Of a stretch of DNA of 64,000 nt, positions 48,741 to 56,866 are shown piece by piece (position 1 is the first letter of the stretch; each line of letters starts with the position of its first letter). The stretch lies in the sequence record PZ445450.1; one strand, given 5' to 3'. This DNA is from a phage. The notes beneath the pieces are model-generated. The model made no database searches, was not told where the DNA came from, and worked only from the letters and a program-made list of their open reading frames with translations. Made by a program: the position numbers and the translations under genes.

Positions 48741-48781
48741 TTATACTGTTAACACTGAACTAATGCATAGGAGTTAAAACC

Positions 48782-49027
48782 ATGGCAGCACTAATCACTA
48801 AATATTACGCCCCTACCAACACCAAAAGCGCCCGTATCATGGTAAAAGGCTTCGGACGTAAAAAGGTTTACACCTGGGATTATGCCTTAGACACGGAAGA
48901 CAACTACACCAACGCGATGACAGATTTTATTAATGAGCTGAACACGCGGATCTTGACAAATTATAAAATTACCGATATTGCCTATATAGGGGAAGGCGGG
49001 ATCTGTTTTGTCGGTATCGTCAAATAA
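48782..49027 (+). CDS. Early protein, unknown function
   Basis: 81-aa ORF after repeat copy 2. Confidence 0.45.
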   Translation: MAALITKYYAPTNTKSARIMVKGFGRKKVYTWDYALDTEDNYTNAMTDFINELNTRILTNYKITDIAYIGEGGICFVGIVK

Positions 49028-49103
49028 ACTGTTTTTTCGGTGGTCCTGGTAGCAGGGCCATCTATAAAGATAGTTTATCAATACAATGAAAGGAGAAAGT
49101 AAC

Positions 49104-49451
49104 ATGATCAGTGGGGCAAGTTTTATTATTGGCGCTATTGCTACGGCTTTAATTGTAAACAAGATCCAATCTAAAAACGAAAAAGAGAGCAACGCGCTCA
49201 CAGAATACCCATTTTGGATATTCAACGACAATGAAGACTACATTATCAAGTACAAGAATGAGAAGGGCGACCAGGTAACACCGCGACCGATCCCGGCCTA
49301 CAAGATGCAAGAAACACTATACCGCCTAAAGGCTGGAGGCGCAAAAATCGTAGACTTTTGGGGATATGATTGCAAGGATCAGGAGGTTATAAAACGGCGT
49401 ATCCGGGCTATTCAGGCCAATATTGAAGTTAGCAAGGGGGGGAATATATGA
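49104..49451 (+). CDS. Early protein with N-terminal hydrophobic helix
   Basis: ATG 49104 after AAGGAGAAAG; N-terminus ISGASFIIGAIATALIV. Confidence 0.45.
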   Translation: MISGASFIIGAIATALIVNKIQSKNEKESNALTEYPFWIFNDNEDYIIKYKNEKGDQVTPRPIPAYKMQETLYRLKAGGAKIVDFWGYDCKDQEVIKRRIRAIQANIEVSKGGNI

Positions 49452-49645
49452 AGATTAATTTTGAGAAGATTGTAAAGCGATCTCATGTTTCCGAAGAGCT
49501 GCCGGAACGACGCCAGCGTAACAATAAACTGAATAAGCCAAAAAGATTTGGAAAGATCTGGCGAAATCATTATGATCGTAAATTGCCTGGCCTACTTTTG
49601 GAACGTGAACGACAGGCAGAACGATACCGCCATAAAGACAAATAA
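49448..49645 (+). CDS. Small basic protein
   Basis: 65-aa Lys/Arg-rich ORF overlapping upstream stop. Confidence 0.4.
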   Translation: MKINFEKIVKRSHVSEELPERRQRNNKLNKPKRFGKIWRNHYDRKLPGLLLERERQAERYRHKDK

Positions 49646-49653
49646 CAACCAAC

Positions 49654-49683
49654 GCCCCGCCATTGTGCGGGGCTTTTTATTTC
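49654..49683 (+). terminator. Rho-independent terminator
   Basis: Stem GCCCCGC/GCGGGGC, loop CATTGT, then TTTTTATTTC. Confidence 0.7.
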
Positions 49684-49826
49684 TATCCTACGAATAGCGC
49701 CCCTGGTTGGCCCTGTAAGCGCCAAAAAGGCCCCACCTATGCAATCGCCCCCCTTTAACCTGAAAACATCGCTTAGGGCCGTTTTATGGCGTTAAAAATA
49801 TCATTGACAGTGATTTTATTTAAAGC

Positions 49827-49854
49827 TTGACATCTTAAACAGGTTAGCTATACT
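49827..49854 (+). promoter_or_regulatory. Sigma70-like early promoter
   Basis: TTGACA-N16-TATACT; second TTGACA at 49804. Confidence 0.6.
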
Positions 49855-49886
49855 AACCACATCAAAGAGAGAAAGGAGTAAACGCC

Positions 49887-50147
49887 ATGCGTAAATTAAA
49901 AAATTTTGATAAAGTTGATGTTGTCCTGAATAATTTTTACTACTGCAACAACAAGGCCATTTGGTGGCGTGATAGTTCCACCGATAAAGTCAAGGCGCGC
50001 TTTCTCCAGGGGCACTGGCAAGGCCGCCCAGTGATTAAAATCATGGGGCAATTGGTAGCGTTTAAAAATTGCCGCCGTGTTGATGACGTTGAGGAGATTT
50101 TAAACATTTTGCGCCACAATAATTTAAAAAATAGTGTTGACAAGTAA
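49887..50147 (+). CDS. Early protein, unknown function
   Basis: 86-aa ORF; 3' end overlaps next promoter. Confidence 0.45.
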   Translation: MRKLKNFDKVDVVLNNFYYCNNKAIWWRDSSTDKVKARFLQGHWQGRPVIKIMGQLVAFKNCRRVDDVEEILNILRHNNLKNSVDK

Positions 50148-50164
50148 ATCTCAATAAGTATAAT
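50137..50164 (+). promoter_or_regulatory. Sigma70-like early promoter
   Basis: TTGACA-N16-TATAAT, then 5' hairpin GGCGGGAAAACTTACCGCC. Confidence 0.65.
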
Positions 50165-50221
50165 TAAACACACAGGCGGGAAAACTTACCGCCACTAACA
50201 AAGAAAACAGGAGAAAATATC

Positions 50222-50845
50222 ATGACCACCGTTAACATTACCACAGGTTACAATTTATCTTTCGACGTGCTGACCGACGAACAAAAAGAAAAAGCCATTG
50301 AAATGGTACGCGAAAGAGAAGAACACAGCGGGGATGACTTTTTTGCAGAAAGTGTAATTGAACACTACAAAGAATATATCTTTCCAGAGTACGGCCTTGA
50401 AGATACCGAAGTACATTGGTCCGGCTTTTGGTGCCAGGGTGACGGCGCGTCAATCAGTGCTGAAAACGTGGATTTAGAAAAATTTTTGCGTAAAGTAAAG
50501 GCCCTGACCAAGTTCCGATCAATTCGTCACTTGTTCGGCACAATGCACGATGGCGAGTTATCAGCCAGTGTTGAACGCGACAAGTACAGCCATTACAGCC
50601 ATGAAAACACTGTAAGCGGATACATTGATACCACCTGGCTAGATCTGACCGCCAAACAAGAAAACAAAGTGGAAGACCTGGAAGAGCTGATCACCGAGAC
50701 GGTACGGGAGCTATCCCGCAAGGTTTACGTAGACCTGGAGGAGGCCTATCTAGAACAGTTCACTACCGAAAACCTGATCGGCCTTATTGAGGCCAATGAT
50801 TGGCGGTTTGATGTGGATGAATATGGAGAGATGAGTTTTTCATAA
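50222..50845 (+). CDS. Acidic early protein (207 aa), unknown function
   Basis: ORF with CAGGAGA RBS; Glu/Asp-rich. Confidence 0.5.
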   Translation: MTTVNITTGYNLSFDVLTDEQKEKAIEMVREREEHSGDDFFAESVIEHYKEYIFPEYGLEDTEVHWSGFWCQGDGASISAENVDLEKFLRKVKALTKFRSIRHLFGTMHDGELSASVERDKYSHYSHENTVSGYIDTTWLDLTAKQENKVEDLEELITETVRELSRKVYVDLEEAYLEQFTTENLIGLIEANDWRFDVDEYGEMSFS

Positions 50846-50853
50846 ATAAAGTG

Positions 50854-50881
50854 TTGCAATAATCTAAAAACCTGCTATATT
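50854..50881 (+). promoter_or_regulatory. Sigma70-like early promoter
   Basis: TTGCAA-N16-TATATT, then hairpin GGGGCAAGACGTTTGCCCC. Confidence 0.5.
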
Positions 50882-50934
50882 AAAACTCAAGGGGGCAAGA
50901 CGTTTGCCCCACACAAAACAAAGAGGAAAACATT

Positions 50935-51315
50935 ATGAAAAACACTACTAAAGCTATTGACACCGTTATGTTTAACCTGGTTACCTTTCGCGAGGATATG
51001 AAAGATCTTCCACGTGAAACAGTGTGCGATCACATTGAAAACTATCGCAAACTAATCAAAGAGTTGCCTTTAAAACGTGACCAGTATGCGGCTAACGCTA
51101 TGCTCAACGCCATGATCAAAAAGATGATTCAGTGTGATTTAACCCTGGCCTATGATTATGCAGGTGGTCGTTTTGCAGTATACAATCAGCCCGTGCCTGG
51201 TATGGGCACCACTGAAGAATTGCACGCGCTCAATCTAAAACAAGACGTGTGGGATAGTATGCCCCGCGTGGTGGTGTGGGCAGAAAGCGGAAAGATTTAC
51301 GGCGATAATTTTTAA
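50935..51315 (+). CDS. Early protein, unknown function
   Basis: 126-aa ORF with AAGAGGAAAA RBS. Confidence 0.5.
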   Translation: MKNTTKAIDTVMFNLVTFREDMKDLPRETVCDHIENYRKLIKELPLKRDQYAANAMLNAMIKKMIQCDLTLAYDYAGGRFAVYNQPVPGMGTTEELHALNLKQDVWDSMPRVVVWAESGKIYGDNF

Positions 51316-51324
51316 TCAGGTAAC

Positions 51325-51351
51325 AGGCGGCATATTTGCCGCCTTATTGTT
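51325..51351 (+). terminator. Rho-independent terminator
   Basis: Stem AGGCGGCA/TGCCGCCT, loop TATT, then TATTGTT. Confidence 0.6.
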
Positions 51352-51379
51352 AAACAGAACTGCAAAAGAGGTACATAGA

Positions 51380-51751
51380 ATGGAATTTATTATTTTGGCC
51401 GTATTAGTTGCCTTGTTTAACGCCTGGATCGCTGGCAAGATGGGTAGATCCGCCTTTTTATGGTTTATTATATCTATTTTCCTGGGGGTGGTTGCAACTA
51501 TTGTACTTGTTATCCTTGCAATTGTTGACAAAGGCGATAATAGAAAGGGTAAAGTATTTTCCGACCTGTATGACGCGCAAACATTTGTCAACGCCTATTA
51601 TAGTGATCTTCCAGTCTCCCTACGCTGCAGCCTTGCACAACAGGTTTTCGATGAAGCTAAAACCAGAGATCACGCCCATGAGATTTGTTTAACTGAGGCG
51701 GATCGCCTATTTGAGAGGAATAGAAAATATGTGGGCCAGCCGTTTAAATAA
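51380..51751 (+). CDS. Membrane protein
   Basis: ATG 51380 after AAAGAGG; two hydrophobic helices FIILAVLVALFNAWIAG and LWFIISIFLGVVATIVLVILAIV. Confidence 0.45.
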   Translation: MEFIILAVLVALFNAWIAGKMGRSAFLWFIISIFLGVVATIVLVILAIVDKGDNRKGKVFSDLYDAQTFVNAYYSDLPVSLRCSLAQQVFDEAKTRDHAHEICLTEADRLFERNRKYVGQPFK

Positions 51752-51974
51752 TACCACGTTAATTAATCCCTTTGATGAAGATTTGAAGCCAGCCGCCTGG
51801 CGTGATGGATTCAATAACGAACGCTTTATTTTCAGGCCTGATCTTAAGGAATTTTATAACAATGGATCGAACAACGACAGAGATAATTTTTCTTGTGATG
51901 TGCGTGGTGATGGTACTCCTGGGGGCCATTGTAAACCACGTCACTACTACCAGGATGAAAGGGGGAGACGATGA
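51729..51974 (+). CDS. Hypothetical protein
   Basis: ATG 51729 after GAGGAA; overlaps neighbours. Confidence 0.35.
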   Translation: MWASRLNNTTLINPFDEDLKPAAWRDGFNNERFIFRPDLKEFYNNGSNNDRDNFSCDVRGDGTPGGHCKPRHYYQDERGRR

Positions 51975-52090
51975 CAACCAAGGATAAGCCCCGCACCGAT
52001 AAGGTGCGCCGGGTTATGGTATGGCTTGAGATCATCGCCCTTGAAATATTGTTAGGCGTAGGGATGTATTTTATCGCTGTAAGTAACTGA
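51971..52090 (+). CDS. Small membrane peptide (39 aa, not in ORF track)
   Basis: ATGA overlap with upstream stop; WLEIIALEILLGVGMYFIAV. Confidence 0.3.
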   Translation: MTTKDKPRTDKVRRVMVWLEIIALEILLGVGMYFIAVSN

Positions 52091-52094
52091 TAAC

Positions 52095-52125
52095 GGCCCC
52101 CGATCCCTGGGGGCCTAACTTTTTC
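52095..52125 (+). terminator. Rho-independent terminator
   Basis: Stem GGCCCCC/GGGGGCC, loop GATCCCT, then TAACTTTTTC. Confidence 0.65.
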
Positions 52126-52147
52126 AAAAAATTTTTCTTCCGGGGTG

Positions 52148-52175
52148 TTGCAATCCGGTCCGAAATATGGATAAT
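52148..52175 (+). promoter_or_regulatory. Sigma70-like promoter, TTGCA-type
   Basis: TTGCAA-N16-GATAAT preceded by TG; same ATATGGATAAT box as promoter at 53314. Confidence 0.5.
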
Positions 52176-52234
52176 AATAATAATCAACGGGGAGCTAATC
52201 CCCACCAACACAAAAACCAGAAAGGAGAAACAAA

Positions 52235-52435
52235 ATGAGCAACAATATCCGCGTTATTAACTTCAAAAAAGAAGAAAAAATTGCCGTGCTGATTGACGGT
52301 CAAGAAATCTTCAAGGGCGACTATGAAGATCATCAAACGGCGATTAGTATCACTCGCGTGATTGGTTACCATAATTTTTACCCCCAAGGCGCTGAGGCAG
52401 CTGTTAAACGAATCAAAGAGATTGTAGGCCTGTAA
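52235..52435 (+). CDS. Small early protein
   Basis: 66-aa ORF; leader hairpin GGGGAGCTAATCCCC + CCAACACAAAAACC + AAAGGAGA. Confidence 0.5.
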   Translation: MSNNIRVINFKKEEKIAVLIDGQEIFKGDYEDHQTAISITRVIGYHNFYPQGAEAAVKRIKEIVGL

Positions 52436-52447
52436 AATTTATTTTTA

Positions 52448-52484
52448 GATGGCCTTGACTCCAGGGCCATCAATAAAGTAAATT
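52448..52484 (+). repeat. Conserved hairpin-promoter repeat, copy 3
   Basis: GATGGCCTTGACTCCAGGGCCATC..AAAGTAAATT. Confidence 0.6.
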
Positions 52485-52528
52485 TAAACCCTGTTAAAAT
52501 ACCACGCAGTTAACAAGGAGTGATAGAC

Positions 52529-52828
52529 ATGTTTATCCAGGCTAATAATCTTTATTTCTTTGATGGTCAGATCGTAGACGGCGTGGAAGTAGAGATCACC
52601 GGGTGCCCTGGCGGTCAGGTTATGACTTTTCGGAATAATGCCTTTGATGATTCTCATATCGTTATGAGAATGGAAGTTAGTAAGCTGGACGATAAGAAAA
52701 CACTCATTGATTATTCCGTGAAAGATCATCCAGACTACCACATGATCTATGGCGATTTGTGCATTGTTGACCGTGACAAGGTGAACGGCATTGTGATCGC
52801 TATTGTGAACGATGTTTTCTCAAACTAG
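52529..52828 (+). CDS. Early protein, unknown function
   Basis: ATG 52529 after AAGGAG. Confidence 0.45.
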   Translation: MFIQANNLYFFDGQIVDGVEVEITGCPGGQVMTFRNNAFDDSHIVMRMEVSKLDDKKTLIDYSVKDHPDYHMIYGDLCIVDRDKVNGIVIAIVNDVFSN

Positions 52829-52845
52829 TTTCAGCAGGTTATTTT

Positions 52846-53196
52846 ATGAAAGTAAAACTATATTACCTTAATGAGCTTAACCCCCTTGCCCAGGTCCGCG
52901 CCCTGGCTAATACCTTGATTTGTGAGAAATCTGTATATTGTGTTGAGATTAACGCCATGCGTGAACGTCTCAAAGGTGGTTACTTTGACATCCATGCTGC
53001 AATCAACGGCCTGAATATGGAATTTATCCGCTTACGTAACAGCCGCCAGAGTCTGGCAAGAATGGAACAAGATCCGGCCCACCTTCGTAAGCTGGTTATT
53101 GAAAACCATCTGATGTTCAATGCCGATGGCGATTATTACCATTTTCACCGTAAACGCTGGTACCGTAGCGGCAATATAGGAAATAATGCAAAATAA
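52846..53196 (+). CDS. Early protein, unknown function
   Basis: 116-aa ORF. Confidence 0.45.
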   Translation: MKVKLYYLNELNPLAQVRALANTLICEKSVYCVEINAMRERLKGGYFDIHAAINGLNMEFIRLRNSRQSLARMEQDPAHLRKLVIENHLMFNADGDYYHFHRKRWYRSGNIGNNAK

Positions 53197-53232
53197 GGCC
53201 CCCGGCAGGGCCTACAGCGATATAATCATCTA

Positions 53233-53266
53233 AAGGCTATGCAACCGCATGGCCTTTATTATTTTG
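53233..53266 (+). terminator. Rho-independent terminator
   Basis: 10-bp stem AAGGCTATGC/GCATGGCCTT, loop AACC, then TATTATTTT. Confidence 0.6.
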
Positions 53267-53313
53267 GCGTTACAGCGGCCCCAAGGCGCTTAAAAATTTT
53301 TTTAAAGAAGTGC

Positions 53314-53341
53314 TTGCATCAAGTCCTACAATATGGATAAT
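53314..53341 (+). promoter_or_regulatory. Sigma70-like promoter, TTGCA-type
   Basis: TTGCAT-N16-GATAAT with upstream TG; 5' hairpin GGGGGCGGCCCCC follows. Confidence 0.5.
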
Positions 53342-53397
53342 AGGACGTGTCAGGGGGCGGCCCCCAATCATTAACCGGATAGATAGGAGTTAAAACT

Positions 53398-53682
53398 ATG
53401 GCTATTGTTACCGTTGGCGATGTAGTAGAAATGGAAGCCAAATACTTAAAAGCGGGTATGCATATCCTACGCAACGATCTTGAGCTAGTCCTGACAATGG
53501 TCGACTATAATCCCGGCCAGGATTATCCAAGCATCGACTACTTTTTTGAGTATGTTGATGAAGAGCTAAAAGAAGACGAAGCCTATTGCGGTGAATTTTG
53601 CAACTTCTTTTGCCCTGATGAGGTTGTAAAAGTTATCTATCAACCTGGCGTACCTTTCCCGTTGCACGCCATCAATAAATAA
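53398..53682 (+). CDS. Early protein, unknown function
   Basis: 94-aa ORF with TAGGAG RBS. Confidence 0.5.
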   Translation: MAIVTVGDVVEMEAKYLKAGMHILRNDLELVLTMVDYNPGQDYPSIDYFFEYVDEELKEDEAYCGEFCNFFCPDEVVKVIYQPGVPFPLHAINK

Positions 53683-53744
53683 GCCTAGCGGGGCCGAAAA
53701 GGCCCCTCCTGAAATTATGAAAAAATAAAGAGGGGTAAATCATC

Positions 53745-53981
53745 ATGATTGAACAAATTAAAAGCACTAAACCGAACGTTAACGGCAATGTTTCTCACTT
53801 TATTGGTGATAATGAAAGAGGGACACCGTACGCTGCGGTAACAGTTCAACCGAACGGGGATTATTGGTTTACTGTATACGGATCTTATTCTTTTGGGCGT
53901 CCGGTGCATGATAGAATTTTAAAAGTAGCTAATCCGACCGGGAAGAATATCACAGCAGAAAAATTTTTTGAAAATAGTTGA
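53745..53981 (+). CDS. Early protein, unknown function
   Basis: 78-aa ORF with AGAGGGG RBS. Confidence 0.45.
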   Translation: MIEQIKSTKPNVNGNVSHFIGDNERGTPYAAVTVQPNGDYWFTVYGSYSFGRPVHDRILKVANPTGKNITAEKFFENS

Positions 53982-54008
53982 CATGACCGTATAAGACTGT
54001 AGTATATA
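53978..54008 (+). promoter_or_regulatory. Sigma70-like promoter
   Basis: TTGACA then TATATA at about 19 nt; 5' hairpin GGGGGCAAGCCCC follows. Confidence 0.4.
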
Positions 54009-54053
54009 AATCAAAGGGGGCAAGCCCCACCAACCACAAAGAGGATAAAAATC

Positions 54054-54233
54054 ATGGCTATTATTGCAAAGACCGAGATTGTAGGGTTAGATTCTATTCT
54101 CCTGGCATATGAGGAAGCTATAGAAATGTATGTGGTTTCCTACGGTGAGTATATCCGTGAATATAAATCTGTTGATCTAGCTTTTGAATGTTATATTCGC
54201 CAGGTCAATAAAGCATATGATGATTATCGTTAA
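54054..54233 (+). CDS. Small early protein (59 aa, not in ORF track)
   Basis: ATG after AAGAGGA; hand-translated to TAA 54231-54233. Confidence 0.35.
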   Translation: MAIIAKTEIVGLDSILLAYEEAIEMYVVSYGEYIREYKSVDLAFECYIRQVNKAYDDYR

Positions 54234-54239
54234 AATAGT

Positions 54240-54267
54240 TTGACAACAATTATAAATCGGGTAGAAT
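54240..54267 (+). promoter_or_regulatory. Sigma70-like promoter
   Basis: TTGACA-N16-TAGAAT, then hairpin GCGGCA-ATGA-TGCCGC. Confidence 0.55.
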
Positions 54268-54318
54268 GTATTTCGTAGGGCGGCAATGATGCCGCTCACA
54301 ACTAGAAGAGGGGTCATC

Positions 54319-54513
54319 ATGGCGCTTAAAAAACTAACAAGCAATACTCGTTGGGATGAAATCGACGGGGAAGTTTACATTTTCGCCCGTAAACCAGGGG
54401 ATCAAAAATGGTCAAAGGCTTTTACTTGCCACCCTGCAACAATAGACCTGATAAAAAGGGAAGGTCTACGTGAAGCAGTATCAAGAAGCCTACTGATCCC
54501 TTGTAAAAAATAG
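54319..54513 (+). CDS. Small early protein
   Basis: ATG 54319 after AGAAGAGGGG; track start 54286 lies inside the leader hairpin. Confidence 0.45.
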   Translation: MALKKLTSNTRWDEIDGEVYIFARKPGDQKWSKAFTCHPATIDLIKREGLREAVSRSLLIPCKK

Positions 54514-54594
54514 TTGGACAATACGCGGTTACCTGGTAAAGTGTACGACATAGGGCGGGGCAATAAGGCAACGCCCATTAATGAGGGTGGAATC

Positions 54595-54699
54595 ATGTTA
54601 GAGAAAATTTTCACGGTTGTAGTAGTGGGCCTGGCGTTATCGGTTGGAGTAGTTGCAACTATGGCTAACATGATCCTATCTTCCCACGGTATTGGATAA
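54595..54699 (+). CDS. Small membrane peptide (34 aa)
   Basis: ATG 54595 after GAGGGTGG; FTVVVVGLALSVGVVATMANMIL; the track's 54514 start is probably an artefactual extension. Confidence 0.3.
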   Translation: MLEKIFTVVVVGLALSVGVVATMANMILSSHGIG

Positions 54700-54925
54700 G
54701 GTGAATCAAATGATCACGAATAAAACAGGTAAAACAGAATTTTTACGCGGCTTGCAGATCGGCAAGCCTGAGATCTGGTATTGCACTAAAACACCACGTG
54801 ACGAAATGAAAGACTTCACCGCCACGCTACAACGGGTAAAGATATCCATCACACAGAAAAAGGCCTTGATAGTGGTGGAAGGTGAGATCCCCCAAGCCGT
54901 TGTTATAGTTGAGCGTACAGCATAG
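54692..54925 (+). CDS. Hypothetical protein
   Basis: Track ORF; alternative in-frame ATG at 54710. Confidence 0.4.
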   Translation: MDKVNQMITNKTGKTEFLRGLQIGKPEIWYCTKTPRDEMKDFTATLQRVKISITQKKALIVVEGEIPQAVVIVERTA

Positions 54926-55014
54926 TTTAATCTATACCGTACACCCCATTAACTAACAAAGCATAAACAGGCGGCGGTGACCGCCTTAAACGCAACAGAA
55001 AGAGGATAGACACA

Positions 55015-55299
55015 ATGAAAAAGATGATCGCAGTGGTTGCCCTGGTTGTTGGACTTAATGCGCCTGCAATGGCTAAAGAGCTGGCAAAAGAGGTAGATCT
55101 AACTGATATCCATGCCGTCAATCAAATCGGGGTTACTTATCGCTTATGCCTTGCCGCTAAAACTTTTAAGGACGGCACTACAGAGTACTACGGATTCGAG
55201 GGCGTCCGGTGCGGTGAACTTGCTCGCGACCTTAAAGAAGATCCAGACCTGGAGGATCTGCCGATAACCGTAAACGGGAAAACTTACGTGAACCGTTAA
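55015..55299 (+). CDS. Secreted small protein
   Basis: Signal-peptide-like MKKMIAVVALVVGLNAPAMA; RBS AAAGAGGA. Confidence 0.5.
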   Translation: MKKMIAVVALVVGLNAPAMAKELAKEVDLTDIHAVNQIGVTYRLCLAAKTFKDGTTEYYGFEGVRCGELARDLKEDPDLEDLPITVNGKTYVNR

Positions 55300-55444
55300 C
55301 CATGAGAAAGATAATTATTACCATAGGGATCGTGGCGGCAATGTTGGCGATCTTTCCCCTTATGGTTAGGTATGTGCTGATCAGTGTTGTCCTGGTAGTC
55401 AGCGATCTAATGTTATATATTAACTCATTGTTTTAGGTGGAATA

Positions 55445-55636
55445 ATGACAGCAGAAGAAGTTAAAAAAGTACTGGCAGTACTACGTTACCATAATCATTG
55501 CAAGGTGAAGAATGATCCTGATTATCTCGATTCATCCCTTGAAGAGGATACACTGCAAGCCATAAGCAACATGCAAGAATTGCTTAAGCGTATGACAGAG
55601 AAAAACCGACCGGACTATATAGGCGAAAAAATATAA
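55445..55636 (+). CDS. Small early protein
   Basis: 63-aa ORF. Confidence 0.45.
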   Translation: MTAEEVKKVLAVLRYHNHCKVKNDPDYLDSSLEEDTLQAISNMQELLKRMTEKNRPDYIGEKI

Positions 55637-55650
55637 TCTTTATAAACCAT

Positions 55651-55684
55651 AAAACAGGGCTTGTAATGGTCCTGTTTTTTGTTA
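55651..55684 (+). terminator. Rho-independent terminator
   Basis: Stem AAAACAGG/CCTGTTTT with wobble-extended inner pairs, T-run TTTTTTGTT. Confidence 0.65.
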
Positions 55685-55693
55685 TACTTATTT

Positions 55694-55745
55694 CACGGCA
55701 GGCACCTGGCGACGGGGGGAGACAATCACCGGGGGTGCCTGTCAT
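55694..55745 (-). repeat. GC-rich element, copy 3 (inverted)
   Basis: GGCAGGCACC..GACGGGGGGAGACAATCACCGGGGGTGCCTGTC is the near reverse complement of copy 2. Confidence 0.55.
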
Positions 55746-55765
55746 ATAAAAAACTATAAAAACCG

Positions 55766-55794
55766 TTGACACCTGCCAGGCGGTGGGGTAACAT
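55766..55794 (+). promoter_or_regulatory. Sigma70-like promoter
   Basis: TTGACA-N17-TAACAT. Confidence 0.45.
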
Positions 55795-55848
55795 TTATCT
55801 TGAAGGGGCAAAAGTGCTCACACAACAACCAGAAGAGAGGAAAACGCC

Positions 55849-56121
55849 ATGTTAAGCTGGATTAACCAAGAAGTCGAATCACGTTTTAATACTATTTAGG
55901 ATCTCATCGAAAAAGAGGACGGAACATCAAGCCCTTATCTCAATAATCTTGAATTCCATTTCGTGGAAGCGATGAACGCAGAACATGATCACGAAGGTGG
56001 TGCGGACGAGTTCGCTAAAGGGTATGGCTTCAACAATGCCAACGAAATGATCGAGGCGGTTGTACTCCAGGCTGAGGAAGATTATCAATTAAAAACGCTT
56101 GAATTCTGCCGCCGTAAGTAA
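55849..56121 (+). other. Early ORF interrupted by an in-frame TAG at 55897-55899 (codon 17 of 90)
   Basis: ATG 55849 after AGAAGAGAGGAAAA; frame open on both sides of a single amber codon to TAA 56119-56121; alternative downstream start ATG 55975. Confidence 0.4.
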
Positions 56122-56183
56122 TAAGATAATGACACGGGCCAAAAGGCCCACTAATCAGAACCGCACAAAAAGAGAGAAAGAAA

Positions 56184-56402
56184 ATGGCAACCCGTAAAAT
56201 TAAAGTTGTTTGCATTGAATCAACTGGTAGCGCTTTTGTAGTTGGTCAGAAATATAATGCGGTTTTAATGGGTACGGATTGGAAGGTTAAAGGCCTTGAT
56301 GGTTACGAATACGGCACTACTCGGGGATTGCGTGGTCGAATCGGATACGTGAGTTTTGACAACAAAGAAAAATTTGTTTTCGATATTGTTGTGAGTAAAT
56401 AG
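56184..56402 (+). CDS. Small early protein
   Basis: 72-aa ORF with AAAGAGAGAAAG RBS. Confidence 0.45.
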   Translation: MATRKIKVVCIESTGSAFVVGQKYNAVLMGTDWKVKGLDGYEYGTTRGLRGRIGYVSFDNKEKFVFDIVVSK

Positions 56403-56458
56403 CAATTCATGCTATATTATCAACTAATCAAAACGAACCGCATAAAGAGGAAAACATC

Positions 56459-56722
56459 ATGAAACGTCTTGACCAGCTCAAACTAGTTCAGTACATGGCT
56501 TACAGAATTCTTGAAGTCCAAAAAGGTAGCAAAAAAGAAGTTTGCGAGAAAGCGTACAAGATCTTTACTCGCAAAAAAGACGATTGGATGTTACGCCAGA
56601 CCAAAAAAGCCGATATCTTGGGGTACCTGGAAGAAGAGATCCGGCTTGAAGAACAAGAAGAGATCCGCCGTAGTGAGGCAGATTATCAGGCAGCTTGGGA
56701 AAACTGGATGAGCAACAAATAA
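56459..56722 (+). CDS. Small early protein
   Basis: 87-aa charged ORF with AAAGAGGAAAA RBS. Confidence 0.45.
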   Translation: MKRLDQLKLVQYMAYRILEVQKGSKKEVCEKAYKIFTRKKDDWMLRQTKKADILGYLEEEIRLEEQEEIRRSEADYQAAWENWMSNK

Positions 56723-56788
56723 TACAACAGGTTGCATGGTCAGGGGCGATAAAGCCCCTTGATCACATAAAAATTATGCTATCCCTTG

Positions 56789-56817
56789 TTGACAGGGATC
56801 GGCAGTTTTGCTATATT
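56789..56817 (+). promoter_or_regulatory. Sigma70-like promoter
   Basis: TTGACA-N17-TATATT. Confidence 0.6.
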
Positions 56818-56866
56818 CTTTTTTGAAGGGAAGTTGTAAGAAAATTAACTAAGAGGTAAAAACACC

